A DNA stretch of 55,546 bases from Psammoneis japonica (GCA_008632985.1 QPGO01000218.1:62001-117546); one strand, 5' to 3'. Numbered from the stretch's first letter, positions 1 to 20,969 are shown. Numbers and translations: made by a program. The notes: generated from the sequence alone by a model not told the origin.

Positions 1-460
1 ACAAAAAATGCACAAGCTTCCACCCCAGCAGCACCAGAGAACATGCTGGGGTTTCTGCAAGCAGAGCTGGGGGACAGCCGGGCACAGAGACGGTGTCGCA
101 GCTGATGCTCTGTGAGCAAACATTGCTCCCACCTTTGTTGCACTCTACACAACCATGGCCTACACTGTTGTGTTGTGCTTCAAGCCATTGTGCCAAACAT
201 TGCCACTGTGTTCTGAGCCACCTTGCTGGTCTCCAGGGGCAGGAAGGAGCAGGCACCCCCACCAGGCAGACAAGTGGCTCTGGGGCATTGGGGGCAGTTC
301 ATCTTGACACTTGACAACCATGCATGATGACTCCACAGCATCATGTTGCTTGGAACAGCATAGAGTGACAACAACAGTGTGGTTGGAAGCATGAGACGAG
401 CTGGGGAAGCAAAAACACACCAACCGACAATGGGAAAACCAAGAGAAGAATTCAACTAAT
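1..460. repeat. Edge of a TpA/CpG-depleted, TG/CA-rich degenerate repeat domain
   Basis: Same composition as the decayed TE blocks downstream (few TA, abundant TG/CA). No coherent protein. Confidence 0.55.
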
Positions 461-861
461 CATGACACACTTCTGCGCCTACAATCCTAGCTTTTTGTTT
501 TTGTTTTGGGCTTACCCTGTTGGATGGCTTGGAATGATGAAGCAGCAGCTGTCGGATCTCACGCCTCACCGTACTCCAACTCAAACAGAAAAGTATTTCT
601 TTGTATTGCTGTCGTCGGTTATCTCAACGGGTTGTGATTTTGCACATCACGGACCCAAAACCATCTGTACGGTAGACCTACTTAGCAGGTAGTCACTAGT
701 GCATAGTATTGCAACAACTATGCCACCATCGAAGCGCAATTCAAAAAGTAGGAACGGATGCATGATGTTATACTCTATCAAACGATCCTTAGTTCAAGCT
801 GCTGCAATAAGTTATGGTATCCTTTCTCGACCTCCGAATCAGTCACGAGCTGATGATTCGT

Positions 862-2474
862 TCACTGGAAAGCGTCTGGCTCATCCGTGAAGAGCGATCC
901 AGGTTTTGAGTCAACGGCTTCAGCACCCCCTGTACCATCATCGTCGTCAAGCATTTCCTCGCGCGGAATCGAATCCATGTCTTTTTCAGTAGCGGTCGAG
1001 GTCCCAGTAGCAAACATGCTTTGTAATGACTTCTTAGTGTTGAGCCGCTTCGTCTCGGCACTTACAAAGAATTTAAGCAAATTGCAGCGCTCCGCGTGAT
1101 CTTTGGCCTCAAGTATCTTTTGCATAGTCAAGGTTTGTTCAAGTAAAAGGGGTTTCATTTCTATCGCCATTCGCTTCTGCAGCTCTTGGATCTCTTGCTG
1201 GAGCGCAGGTGACAGCTCTTGAAACCCAATCGCACTAGAGTCAAGAAGTTACAAAGAGAAATAAGCAAAGAAAACACTTCACGTGACAACACTATAACGC
1301 CGTATCATGCACCTACCTTGGAAGCTCTTCGTCCTTCAGGCCCTTTTCCTTCGTTAGGAACTCAGCCAGTTTCTCTTGAAAATCACGCTGCAATTCATTC
1401 TGTCTTGAAACAAGACGCTGCTCTGCGTAGCTTTGCCAAAGCCGGATGGTGTGCCACAGACCATCAGATCCAGCTCCGGGTTTCAAGGCCAATGCATCGA
1501 CGCTAGCACGAGTAAAGCGAACATCTTCTTCCAGTTCATGCTGAATTTCTACCAATTCGGCAAAAGCGTCTCGGAGGGCCTTCTCTTCTTTGGAGAAAGA
1601 TTTTCCCGCAGCTTTAACGACAGCTCCATAGACATCATTAGAATGTCAGACGACGCTTCTTCTTCCGTTGCATCCTTTGTGTCATCTGTGATTGTTCCTT
1701 CCACTTTTAGATAAGTATCCCGCGATTCCCATGCTTCAGGGTTCAAAATTCGGTGTAGCTTCACCCGCCCAGTAACTTTATGATTGCATATATACTTAAT
1801 TTGATCCTCCGTTTGCTCGCTTACTTCCTTTAAGTCCTCCAGCTCGAAGAGCACTCCAGTTTCCGCAAATCGTCCAGATTCTGTAGGATGTGACATGGAT
1901 ACACAAACCGCTTGTTCCGTTCATAAGAATATCAGTATACATCTGCGGTATCGCGGCTCGAAAATGTTCAGAACGTGTTGCGAGTTTGGGGTGTAAACAA
2001 TTCCACCTAAAGGAAATAGTGGCAGAATCTCCGCTCCCTTTCCATCGATTAACGAACGCAAAAAACGACCCTTGAGTGAATTCACGCAAACAGTCTATCA
2101 ACAGGGAATAAAATCCAAGTCTTTCGATAAAGCACTTACGTCGCGAACAGAAGAAACGTCTGAAGATTTTCCACCTGTAACCGAGGGGAGCCAAGAGACG
2201 CTGTCGATTCCTTGACTAAGCGGGCCATCATTTTCAAGCTCGTCGTCATCACTAACCGCCATTTTTCTGCAGGCATTCGCGCTTGGCAAAACACTCCTAT
2301 CCAAACGAGGAACGACATTGAAAGCTGACGTCTTCACTAGAATGCCACGAGAATGCGGCACCTTCCTCTCGCCCCCCTGACATTGATTCTAGACGCTCCC
2401 TGAGGAGAGAACGCCGCAGAGTACAACGCCGAATTACTGCCAACTAAGAGAACAGCGAACTGAGATATTTTCAT
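862..2474 (-). CDS. Plastid-targeted LON peptidase N-terminal (substrate-binding) domain protein; spliced, with apparent frameshifts
   Basis: Reading across frames gives ILPLFPLGGIVYTPNSQHVLNIFEPRYR(Q)MYTDILMNG...MSHPTESGRFAETGVLF, a LON_substr_bdg-like motif. The N-terminus MKISQFAVLLVGSNSALYSAAFSP resembles a bipartite signal. Intron about 1219-1314. Several 1-bp indels near 1895-1945. Confidence 0.75.
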
Positions 2475-2891
2475 AGTCAAAACTTCTGGCGTTCAGTTCA
2501 ATCTTTGACAAATCTCCAAGTAGATGCAAACGATCGAAACTTCCATGTAGAAGCAGCGGTAGCTACAGTAGTCGTTTTTTCTGGTATGCTGTCGAACAAC
2601 GATGACAGCTCACTCCCAACTCTCATCGCAACCACTGATCACAGCGACACCACAGAACGAACAAAACGACGATGACTTGGACGACTGACAGGTCACTGAA
2701 CACAGACCGCGACAAGATCGGCTGGCGACGGCCAGATCGATGATGATTCTCGCGCCCTTTTTCTCACGAGTTCTTCGAAATTAGAAATTCGCGCCATTCC
2801 ATCGTCAATCGTCACTTCTTCTTGGAGCTGGCATGGACCTGCCTCTCTGGATGTAGAAACGTTTCTTCTTGGACTATTTTGCCTTTAGGCT

Positions 2892-3158
2892 TGCCTGCAG
2901 GAGCTTAGTGCGGGATTCATAGTCGAGAAAAGCGTCAGAATCAATCGATTGTCACTTCAAATCACATGCTGTTAGACTGAGGTTGACTACAATAGAGTGA
3001 TTGAACAAGAGATTGAATCGATAGAGTGCTTTTACTGCCTGCAGGAACTGAGTGCTGTCCAGAAATGCGTCAGCCACTCGATTGCCTTTTCAAGTCATAC
3101 GGCACCGTTGGCTGAGGCTGACTAAAAAAGAGTGATCGAAAAAAGATTGAATCGATAG
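2892..3158. repeat. Diverged direct repeat, two copies (2892-3024 and 3036-3158)
   Basis: Both copies start tgcctgcagga and end gattgaatcgatag, and share internal blocks (gcgtcag, tcgattg, ctgagg.tgacta, agagtgat.gaa). Confidence 0.8.
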
Positions 3159-3228
3159 TTTCTTTTCGGTGTTGATTCTAATACGCAACTTCCCCATGAT
3201 TTGGGTGTCAATGACCGTGAGGTCTCCG

Positions 3229-11043
<7,815 letters not shown>

Positions 11044-11475
11044 GGACTGGTGTAGGTGCAATCAGAGATTAGAACTCGGCGATGAAACTGCTAAGGTTAA
11101 TATAAAAGTAGTTGCGTAAGGTCGATCTCTAGTACAGTAGGTACTGTAGAGGTAGCGCCATTGTGCAAGGTGCGGACGAAGCGGCAAGCGCCGCCGCGAG
11201 AGCCAGAAATTCTTGACGTACGATTGCAAGACTTCGTGTCTGTCATTCATCCGATCTCCACAGTGACGTGCAATCCGAATCCCGATGACGCCTTTTACGA
11301 ACTCCGCGTCAAGTTGCAGGTGGCGCGTCACGATCTGTCTGTGATTCGTGACACCCACTGCTGGCATTTTCGTTTTTGCAAGAGCGAACAAAGATCGAGA
11401 GCATCATCACCGCAGCCATCACAATTCCATCATAAGTTTTGATTGCCGTTGCGTTTCGATCCTTCTGACTAGATC

Positions 11476-14058
11476 ATGTTATCAAGAGGCTTATCAAGTC
11501 GATGGCTGTCCTCTGCGGTGGCGAGGGAGTGTCGTCGGTCGTTTTCTGTCGGAGTCAGCTCGTCGCTGCCGTATCTTTCTCCAACACACCGCCATGCTTC
11601 CCCGTCCGTGGCGAGACGCCATTGGTTATCAACGGCGGTGGCGCAAGAGCAGCCTCAAGAGGTGGTTTCGACAAAGACGACTGCCGCTGATACTCCCTTT
11701 GTGTCGACCGCTGAGCGCAAGTACGAGTTCTTTGAGAACGTGGAAATCACCGATTCAGGTGTCGCTGTGATTCGCTTTGACTGCCCCGGAAAGCCCGTCA
11801 ATACCATTTCATTCAAGCTCAAGGACGAAGCCAAGGTCTTGTGGGACAAGGAGATCGAGGGAAACTCGAACGTCAAGGCCATTGTGTTTGCGTCGGCAAA
11901 GCCAAACATGTTCATAGCCGGGGCAGACATTTTCGACATCAAGAGCATTGAGAACAAGCAGGATTTGGTGCCGCTCATTCAAGACGGACTCGAGTTCTTT
12001 CAGAAAATGAAAGCCAAGAAAATTCCCATGGTGTGTGCTATTGATGGCCCTGCGCTTGGCGGAGGCTTAGAGTGGGCCTTGTGGTAAGTGAAGTCTTGTA
12101 GTAACTGCGTTGTGTGCGATGAGCGGTTGTTACTGGATTTCGTTGTAGCTAATCACAAAAGGTATTTTTCTCACCCAAATTACCAAAAACAGGTGCGACT
12201 ACAGAATCTGTACCGACTCATCTAAAACCAAGATGGGTCTACCCGAAGTCAAGCTCGGCCTCTTGCCCGGCTTTGGTGGTACCCAGAATCTACATGAACT
12301 CGTCGGATTGCAGGCGGCAATGGATATGATGCTAACAGGCAAAGAAATTAGACCGGATAAGGCCAAGAAGATGGGTCTTGTCGATTTGGTTGTCGCACCG
12401 CCGTCTCTGGAGCAGGTGGCTATTGATTCCGCTGCGGCACTCGCTGATGGATCACTCAAGGTGAAACGTAAGAAAAAGAGTCTTATGAATCGTTTCATTG
12501 AGGACACGTCGGTCGGACGAAACATGATGTGGAAGAAGATTAACGAAATGGTACAGAAGAACACCAACGGAAACTACCCTGCTCCCTTTAGCATCATACA
12601 GTGTGTCCAACATGGACTGGCGGATCCAAAGTCGAGGTTTCGGAACGAGAGGGAGCAATTCGCCAAACTGGCGGCGACGAGCGAGTCTGAAGCTCTCATT
12701 GGAATCTTTGATGGGATGACGCAAATGAAGAAACACTCCTTTGGAGAGGGGGTGGCCTTGGACGTGCAAAAGATTGCCGTCATGGGGGCCGGCCTTATGG
12801 GGGCTGGTATTGCGCAGGTCTCGGCGGACAAGGGATACGGCGTATTGTTGAAGGACCGTGACGCAGCCGCCGTTGGACGGGGCATGTCGTACATGCAGGA
12901 CAATTGGAACAAGAAGCTCAAGAGGCGTCGCATGACCAAGTTTCAGTACAACACTAACGAATCCAACGTAACGCCTCTTTCGGACGAGGTGGAATCTTGG
13001 AAGCGTCATTTTTCCAAGGCCGATTTGGTTATTGAAGCCGTCTTTGAAGATTTGGATCTCAAGAAGAAGATTGTGGCAGACGTTGAGACTGTCACTCCCG
13101 CACATTGTATTTTTGCCACAAACACGTCCGCTATTCCGATTGCAGACATTGCCGTAGGTGCCAGTCGCCCCGAAAGCATCATTGGTATGCATTATTTTTC
13201 ACCCGTGCCGTCAATGCCGCTCCTGGAGATCATTCCGCATGCTGGAACCAGCGATGTTGCCCAAGCCACTGCATTTGAAGTAGGAACCAAGCAGGGCAAA
13301 ACATGCATTCTGGTCAAAGACGTACCAGGCTTTTACGTCAATCGGTGTCTGGGTCCCTTCCTCGTTGAGGTATGTGCCGCTTAGTCTGGTACAAACTGAA
13401 GAATCGAATCTATTGTTGCTCACTCACGTTTTTGTCATGTATTCCGCAGGTATCAGCTTTGATACAGGACGGAGTTTCTCTCGAAGCTCTCGATAAGTCA
13501 ATGAAAAAGTTCGGCATGCCCGTTGGACCAATTACACTTCTCGACGAGGTGGGTATTGATGTGGCTTCGCACGTGGCGACCTTCTTGTCAAATGCTGACT
13601 TGGGTAAGCGAATGGATGGCGGAGATCCAACTCTCTTGAGCAACATGATTGGCAAAGGCTGGATGGGTAAGAAGTCTGGTCAGGGTTTCTACACCTACGA
13701 CGGGAAGAAGAAGACCATAAACTCAGAGGTCAAGTCCTATGTCGGCCAATTTGTTAAGTCGGACCTCAAATTGAAGGAGGAGGAGATTCAAGATCGCATG
13801 GTTTCTAGATTTGTCAACGAAGCTGCCAAGTGCCTCGAAGATGATATCATTGCCGATCCCGTTGTCGGAGATATCGGTCTTGTCTTTGGCACCGGTTTCG
13901 CGCCGTTCCGTGGTGGACCATTCCGTTACCTTGACACGGTTGGCGTGGACAACTATGTTGGCAAAATGAACGGCTTCGCCGAAAAATACGGACACCAGTT
14001 TGAGCCTTGCCAGCTTTTGAAAGACTATGCGTCATCGGGCAAGAAGTTTCACAAATAG
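11476..14058 (+). CDS. HADHA: Mitochondrial trifunctional enzyme alpha subunit (enoyl-CoA hydratase / 3-hydroxyacyl-CoA dehydrogenase)
   Basis: Mitochondrial-type presequence. Motifs FIAGADI, GPALGGGLE, GLPEVKLGLLPGFGGTQ, GAGLMGAGIA, ATNTSAIPI and GMHYFSPV. Introns at 12084-12192 and 13370-13449. Confidence 0.95.
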
Positions 14059-14245
14059 AGATGCTTCAGTATCGCAATCACGGCGTGGCCTCGCAACTCA
14101 AACTATAAGACTAAACTAGGTGCACGTCTTGTAAGCGTCGCTTTGTTACAGTACAAGAAGTTTGCTTTGCTTTGCTCAATTTACTCTGCGTTACTATATT
14201 CGTGTCTCACTGCGAGTGTTTTGAGACGGGTCTCGTCGAGATCAC

Positions 14246-16500
14246 TCAAGTCCGATGGACAACAAATGCCTTTCCGGTTGCTTTCTGGGTAGCTTTGAGT
14301 GCTCCAAGAGTACCACTCCCAGAGCTCCCGTCTGCAACTGCTTGAGAAGCAAGTCGTCCTTCAGCTCTTTCGCGTGCAATTTGTTTCAGCTTCCTTTCTT
14401 CGTTCTTCTTTCCGCTACCATGGCCATGAAATTGGTAGCACAGCTCCCGGTAAGCTTCTTTCCTAGTCAACAGTCGTCCATGCTCGTCACGATACTCGAG
14501 TTTAATTTCACGGTTTGCAAATTCACGGTCCTTTTCTGTAGCCCCCCTACCGATCTTGACAACCTTATCGAGATCAAGCTTCTCGTAGTCTTCATAAGTG
14601 CGTTCATCGTTTGCACGGCCTCGAAGCTCTTCTTTTCCGGCGTGTTTTCCAGTGATTTCTCCAGTGTGTTTTAGCATTCCGAGGGCACCTGCGAGACCTC
14701 GGCCCATTGGAACAGCCGAAGTGGTCGTTTCGTCAAATCCTCCGGTATGCGGCAGAGGCTCCTCGGTGACATCCTTGGCGAGTTCTTCAATATCCACATC
14801 CTCATCCATAGCATCGTCTGAGGGTTCCGCAGCTTCGCTTTCCTTTTTACTGACTTCGACGCCATCCCTAGTTTGCTCTTTCTTTGCTTCCTTCCGTTCC
14901 ATCTGCTCCGCTCGAACTCGAAGCGCCCGTGTAAACTCTCGGGTATCATTGACCGCAAATGTTACTCCACCGCTGCTCGCGCTTTCATCTCGCTGGGGTT
15001 TGGAGCTTTGAACCTCCCGAACAATAGCATCGGCTCCACCGGATTTTGGCTTCTGCTGATCACTCGACATTTCCTTCAGTCGGCGTAAGCGGCGAGCCTT
15101 TGCCAGCGCAGCATCCAGAAAAGCGTCATCCGGTTCCTCGTCGACACTAGGTTTCATCTCCTTTGGCTTTTGTTTGAAAGCCAACGCCGTACGGACGTTG
15201 CCTTTCTCCATAATCCTGTCGTACTTGGATCGCTTCGATTCATCGGGGGAAGGAAGAGAGTTATTCTTTGATGATGCAGTCGTTGTAGCATCCGCAGATT
15301 CGTCTTCGTCGCTATCTGACCGACGGCGTTTTCGTCCAGAGCTTTTCTTGCTGACCGCTGTTTCTTCCAGCGTTTCCAGCAAACTCTTTTCCGGCACTTC
15401 TTCATCGCTCTCTTCTACATCTTTTTTGCGGTGACGTTTCTCTTTCTTCTTTTTATGCTTTTTGAACTTGGTATCCTTCTTCTTTTTCTTTTTTGACTTG
15501 TTCAGTAAAGCGTCTTCTTCCGCTGTCATGAAATCTGAAGCAGTAACGTCAGCCTGAGTTGGAATGAGAGACACGGCCTTGCCCTCTTGAAAAGCAAACA
15601 AGTCGTCACCCCGTTATTATCGGCCGAGGAAGGCTCTCCGATTCTAAAGCCAGGTCGTTTCTTCCGGCCAGAAACTTCTTCAGGTCCGGCTTGTCCACGC
15701 GACAGCCGAGATGGCCCTTGTGTTCCACCAAGCTCCTCGAACTCATCATCATCAAAACCAGCATACCCGCCGGCACGCCCCATTCCTAACTCTGCTTGGC
15801 GCTTCTTTCGCAGTCCTTCCTTCTGGACCTGTCGTTCCGACAACTCCACATTCTCCAGGGTCAGAGAGTTTTCGTTGAGGCCTACAACTTTTGAAGCTTG
15901 ATCATCCCTAGTTTTCAAGAGCGGTGCATCAGCCAGGGTCATAATGGTGGTAGATCCTGCTTCCAACTCGGACACTCCATGCGCCACCTCCATTCCATCC
16001 AAGTCGCGTTCGCTGTACTCTGCCCCGAGGGATTGTTTGATGGTCTTTTTCTTCTTCTGCTTTTTCGGTTGACTCTTCTGGGATCTCATCTTGGCCGCCC
16101 AAGACGTTGCCGTCGATCCCTCTTCTTCTCCAAGAGACTTTGCAGCAAAGGTCGACGCGATGCCCTCCTGTACTTGCCGCTTCAGCTTGGAACGTTCCAG
16201 TCGCTTCGTGATTTCATCCTCCTCTCCCGCGTTCACAGCTGGTTTGTGCAGAGCCTGACGGGCCGACTTCCCGTCATCCTTCCCAGCTGTATCACGTAGA
16301 GGAGCCAGCCCGAGCTTCTTTCTTAACTCGTTTGTTCCATCCACAGACAACTCAATCACTTCTTTTTGTTCGCCAGCATCATTGACGTCTCTGTTCGCAG
16401 CTGGAGTAGTCGAGACTCCGCGGAGTGGAGCCAGTCCCAGCTCAGCACGAAGTGCGTTCGTCTCTTCTACGGACAACTCCACTATTTCTTCCGATGGCAT
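14246..16500 (-). CDS. SART1: U4/U6.U5 tri-snRNP-associated protein 1 (SART1/Snu66)
   Basis: Two N-terminal HIND-like repeats (ELSVEETNALRAELGLAPL) and C-terminal KLEYRDEHGRLLTRKEAYRELCYQFHGHGSGKK. Frameshift in a G run near 15610 joins ORFs 15526-16500 and 14246-15601. Confidence 0.92.
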
Positions 16501-16983
16501 CTTTTCTGTAGCATACGATAGTTAAGTCAGTTGTACCCGTCTGGGACTATTCATACGCGATGCCAAAGAGGGCGGCAACATCCACCAACCATTGAACATG
16601 GACATCGCGATCGAACATACACATTGGACATCGAACCTGCTGGTGGGCGTTTACCGGGCAACAGCAAGACGATGGATATTGAATCGCTCGACTAAAACTA
16701 AAAGTCGATCCTACTGTACTGACATACTACTGTGCAAGTATGTAGAGTTTGTACCATTTTCTGCAGCAGAAGTTGTGACTCAGTCTCTTGGCGGGAAGGA
16801 AAAAATCCAAATCTTTTTATTCGACGTGCCGACCGCCGGTGTCCATACCAATACCTTGCGTTTCCAACACCATCCATCCTCAAGACGAGAGGAGGGCGAC
16901 ACTTAGAACAAAGGAAATAGTCACACGCTGCCTGCAGATCAAGCACGACTAGCCGACAAGCGAATAAACGGGGTCACATCACC

Positions 16984-17949
16984 ATGCATTTCTTCACCTC
17001 AACTACTTTGGCTACTGCTTTTGCACTCGTCTCGTCCCCCTTGCCTTGCTATGGATTCGGACCCAGCAAGTTTCCGAGTCGAGTTGCGGCCGGTCGTGCT
17101 TGTGTGAACAAAGCTCTTTTTCAAAGCAAGGATTTCAACTCGTCTGCCTCTAGCCGTGATGATTCGAGAAGGAATTTCTTCTCAACTCTGGCGACATCGT
17201 TCGCTGGTGTGTCAATTGCGACGACCGTGCTACCAAATGTTGCTTTGGCCGCGTCGGACAAGGTGTTAGTGCTGGGTGGAACAGGATTCGTCGGATCGCG
17301 CGTTGTTAGTCAGTTGAAAGAGTTGGGTGTCGATGTCGTTGCCACGTCCCACGATGGTCGAGATGGGACTGTGGCTCTCGATGTAACAACGAGTGCAAAT
17401 GTGGCGACTGATGTGGAGAAATTGGCCAGCGGATGTTCAGCTGTCATCTCAACCATTGGTGCTATTGGTACTCCAAATGACGGACGAGTCAATGCCGCCA
17501 CTGGTCTTGCCGCCCAAGGCGCTAAAGCCGCCGGTGTCAAACACTTTGTTTACATCAGTGTTGCTCCCGAAGTCAGAAAGTCCACAAAGGGAGTAGGCTT
17601 CTTGGAGGACTACATGAAGGGAAAGGGGTTTAGCGAGGACGCCATCAAGAGCAACTTTGACGAGGGATCATATTCAATCATTGAACCCACCTTTATTTAT
17701 GGCGGTGACAGTTTCTCACTTAATCCACCACGAGTGGCGAGTGGATACGGACAAATCGTAGAGGGCCTTCTGTCCTCCGGGCCATTTCGGGCTGCAGCTG
17801 GCGTGTCACCGGGGTTGATTGGAGTAGCGCTGGAACCTCCTGTCAAAGTCGAAGTCGTGGCTGGTGCAGCGATAGCTGGTGCTCTGGGCAAAGCAGGCGC
17901 TACTCTGGACACCTACGACAAAATTAATGACGCGGCCAATGCACTTTAA
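16984..17949 (+). CDS. Plastid-targeted NAD(P)-binding Rossmann (atypical SDR) protein
   Basis: Signal peptide, transit region, an SRRNFF...ALA segment, then VLVLGGTGFVG and PTFIYG. Single exon. Confidence 0.85.
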   Translation: MHFFTSTTLATAFALVSSPLPCYGFGPSKFPSRVAAGRACVNKALFQSKDFNSSASSRDDSRRNFFSTLATSFAGVSIATTVLPNVALAASDKVLVLGGTGFVGSRVVSQLKELGVDVVATSHDGRDGTVALDVTTSANVATDVEKLASGCSAVISTIGAIGTPNDGRVNAATGLAAQGAKAAGVKHFVYISVAPEVRKSTKGVGFLEDYMKGKGFSEDAIKSNFDEGSYSIIEPTFIYGGDSFSLNPPRVASGYGQIVEGLLSSGPFRAAAGVSPGLIGVALEPPVKVEVVAGAAIAGALGKAGATLDTYDKINDAANAL

Positions 17950-18111
17950 GCGACACCGCATGATGATATTTAAAGACAGTCACGCGCTTTCAGGTTGTAA
18001 AGGCTGCAGCAGTGCTGAATGAATTTCAATTTGTGTAGAATTCAGTGAAGAATTATAAAAGCTATGCTACGCCCCATGAAACGCAATGAAGCGAGAGCGA
18101 CAACAACAGTT

Positions 18112-19207
18112 TCAGACACTGACAGTTTCTTCGAGCGTCTCTGCTCCTTGATCCTCCATGGCTGGTTTCGTTTCATCAGTCTGCGGTTCGTCGGTAGTTG
18201 CGTTTGTTGAATTGGTCGAAGAACGCCCTTTGCAACTCCACACAAAGTCAACTGAATTCAACTGCTCTATCCGGTCCTGCGATAAGTAGGAATGTTTCCC
18301 TTGCAGATGGAGGCGATACTGTTCCCTTTGCTTAGCGGTCCACTTGCCTAACTTTTTATTTGCGGGATAGTGTTGAGGTACCTTGGTGTGTCCATGTGTA
18401 TTTTTGAACTCTTAATGCCCTCCCCCCGCATTGAATCAAATACAGTGTCAGTTGTGCTTACTTTCGACACCAGAGCATACGACGAACACGGAGTTTTCCT
18501 TCCAACTACTCAAACGTACCTATTAGTTCTTCATACCGCTTGTCCCAACCCGGTCGTTCGCGAACTTTCCAAGTAAAGCCGACTTCGTTCAGAAGCTCCA
18601 TCCTCTCGTCAGTCATTGAGGATGTCTTTCCCTCCATTCGGAACTTGTACTGGCGACGCTGGTCAGCCACCCAATCACACAAACCCTTAGAGTTCATGTG
18701 CGACCGCGATACTAACACGTGTCCTGTCTCACTACGAAAATGCTTTAATTTCTCATAGTTTTTCTTCCATAACTCAGCTCCCCGAATCACCCAGGGAAAC
18801 TGCATGTAATCCAGAACTGCCACCTGCTTTTGGGTCAAGGTTGATGTTGATGGGTCTTGTGAATAGAGTTTGTACTGGTCACGCTGCTCCTTCATCCACT
18901 GGTGGAGTGGCTTCCGTTCCTCGTCGCTAGCCTTGACGTTAAAGTCGCCGTTCTCGGACTTGTACAAGAGCAAGTCGACAACCATTTGATTCCATTTTGT
19001 GTTGTAGTCTTGATTGCTCTCGAGCGATACTGTGGCAGCGTCACCAACCGCGTTAGCTGATGCTTGCGTCCTCGTTCCTTTGCGGCTTGCTTTCTTTTTC
19101 TTCTTTTCAGAAGCTTCCTCCTCACAGGCTCTGTCCTCGTTGCCCTCTGCTGCTTTTCGTTTATTCCTTGTAACTGGCGGCGGACTGACACTGCGAACGG
19201 GCATCAT
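18112..19207 (-). CDS. Helicase-associated (HA) domain repeat protein
   Basis: Three W..Y..L..F....GH..VP......L..WV..QR..Y...R...L...GF.W repeats. Intron 18411-18519; exon 2 reads EFKNTHGHTKVPQHYPANKKLGKWTAKQREQY. Confidence 0.88.
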
Positions 19208-19856
19208 TTTCAAATCTTACTTCTGGGTTGGCTTTTCAATATTGTATCTCTGAACTTCGGAGCTTCGCTGTTGCAAGGTAGTACAGTAGATCTCTCCTCC
19301 CAGAATTTACTGTATCGCAACCCGTTGTGTCATGGCCGCGTTCAACGCTTCGTCGCACGCCTCGTGAGAAGCTGTGCCTCCCTTTTTCGGGGTGGGTCAA
19401 AAGGTGGGTCAAAAATTGCAATTTTGGACCCAATTGGGTTCAAAATCCAAATTTAAAACCCAAGTTGGTAAAATTGAGAGTTCGCCGCACCTGTAGGTGC
19501 GAGTGCTGTTGATGAGCGCGGCGACATGGCAGCTCTTATTAGGCGACGACCCGATACCGGTAGGGCCCTCTCTACTCTAGAGGGCGGGCCCTCTCTAGTA
19601 GAGAGGAGCAGAGCCAGCTACACTCTCTCTCTAGTAGAGAGAAGAATTAGCAAAGCTTTCATCGCCTAATAAATGAGCCGTTCTGAGGGAGAAAAAGAGG
19701 CCCTCTCTTTTAGAATCAGAGGAGATGAAGATTACAGTATAAGAAATCTGCATGACTTACAGGTAGGGTAAGGCAATTCTTCCAATGTCTGTACCTTGAT
19801 TTATTACCTACAGTCTTCGTGCCAACCACGTTCTCAGTCGTGGCAGGACTTTGACA

Positions 19857-20969
19857 CTAGCTCTGTTCCAGGAAGTATGGGTGCTTCCAATAACTCAGAA
19901 CCTCCAATAAATACGTTTCTATCAGTCTCCCTCCGAGTGGTATGCGCAAAATCACCGCCAGAAGCTTTCGAACGCAAGGATGCGACACAGTTTCCCACAC
20001 TGGAGCCCGTAACAGGCACAACATAATTCTCATTCGTCGCCGCTTCATTTCGTCACAAGAACTTCCATCTGCGCCCGACATGGCCAAACAACGAACTGAA
20101 GCCAGTTCAAAGCACAATGCAACCAGCCACGATTGCAATTTTGGGCGTGAACGCCCATTTACTGATCTGGCATTTCGTGCCTCCACATTTGCCCAATAAA
20201 GCGGGCGACAAACACTCAGCGCTTCTCCTACCATGAGTAGCATCCTCTGCGTAGTCGCACTTCGACAAGGCAGATCTTTAGTTCTACTGCATACCCTCCG
20301 GCCAGTCCTTCTTCCCGAGTACTTCTGCCGTCTTTCTCTACAAGCCTCATCTTCAATCGAGTTAGAAATAAGGTCGTCTCCGGGGACATACAATCCACCG
20401 CGACGCAAAATTCCAGCGTGTCGAAGGTGGCACCATCCAATGGTTCTCCAATACGAGAAAAGCAGAGCTGTCCTCAGCAAAAACTTGGTTCGTTCCACAT
20501 AGAGCCGAAGAAAAGAAGCGCCATCTCCAGAGATAACAGAGTCTTCACCTGGTGAAGACAATTCCATCATTGCCGGAAGCAAACATTGCAGTATGGTCAA
20601 AGCCAGACGAATTGCAGTGGCGTGAGTACATTCACCATTTCCAACCTTTACAGTTGTACCGTAAGGATTTTGAAGCGCTTGATCCCCAACTGCGATTTCG
20701 ACAGTCATTCGATGCAGAGAAAGAAACCCATAAAGAATTTCTCTCCATCTGCTCGTCGGAAACCTGCCACTGCTGTTGGAAAAGGGAGTCCAATACAACA
20801 GGCTAGTCGCCGTATCATCCCATTGTTGCAAAGTCCGATAGTTTCGTTTTGCAAACGACTTATAGCATGCCCATATACTCTCTTCTGCTACAGTCGCCTC
20901 TCTCAATTTTTTATTCGATGAATTCCTGTTGACGTCTCTGGCTGCCCGTGCGTCACCGCGATTCTCCAT
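19857..20969 (-). CDS. PEX16: Peroxisomal membrane protein PEX16-like
   Basis: GEALSVCRPLYW, SWLVALCFELAS, DEMKRRRMRIMLCLLRAPVW and IPLGGRLIETYL...YWKHPYF match the Pex16 C-terminal pattern. Confidence 0.78.
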   Translation of the reverse strand: MENRGDARAARDVNRNSSNKKLREATVAEESIWACYKSFAKRNYRTLQQWDDTATSLLYWTPFSNSSGRFPTSRWREILYGFLSLHRMTVEIAVGDQALQNPYGTTVKVGNGECTHATAIRLALTILQCLLPAMMELSSPGEDSVISGDGASFLRLYVERTKFLLRTALLFSYWRTIGWCHLRHAGILRRGGLYVPGDDLISNSIEDEACRERRQKYSGRRTGRRVCSRTKDLPCRSATTQRMLLMVGEALSVCRPLYWANVEARNARSVNGRSRPKLQSWLVALCFELASVRCLAMSGADGSSCDEMKRRRMRIMLCLLRAPVWETVSHPCVRKLLAVILRIPLGGRLIETYLLEVLSYWKHPYFLEQS

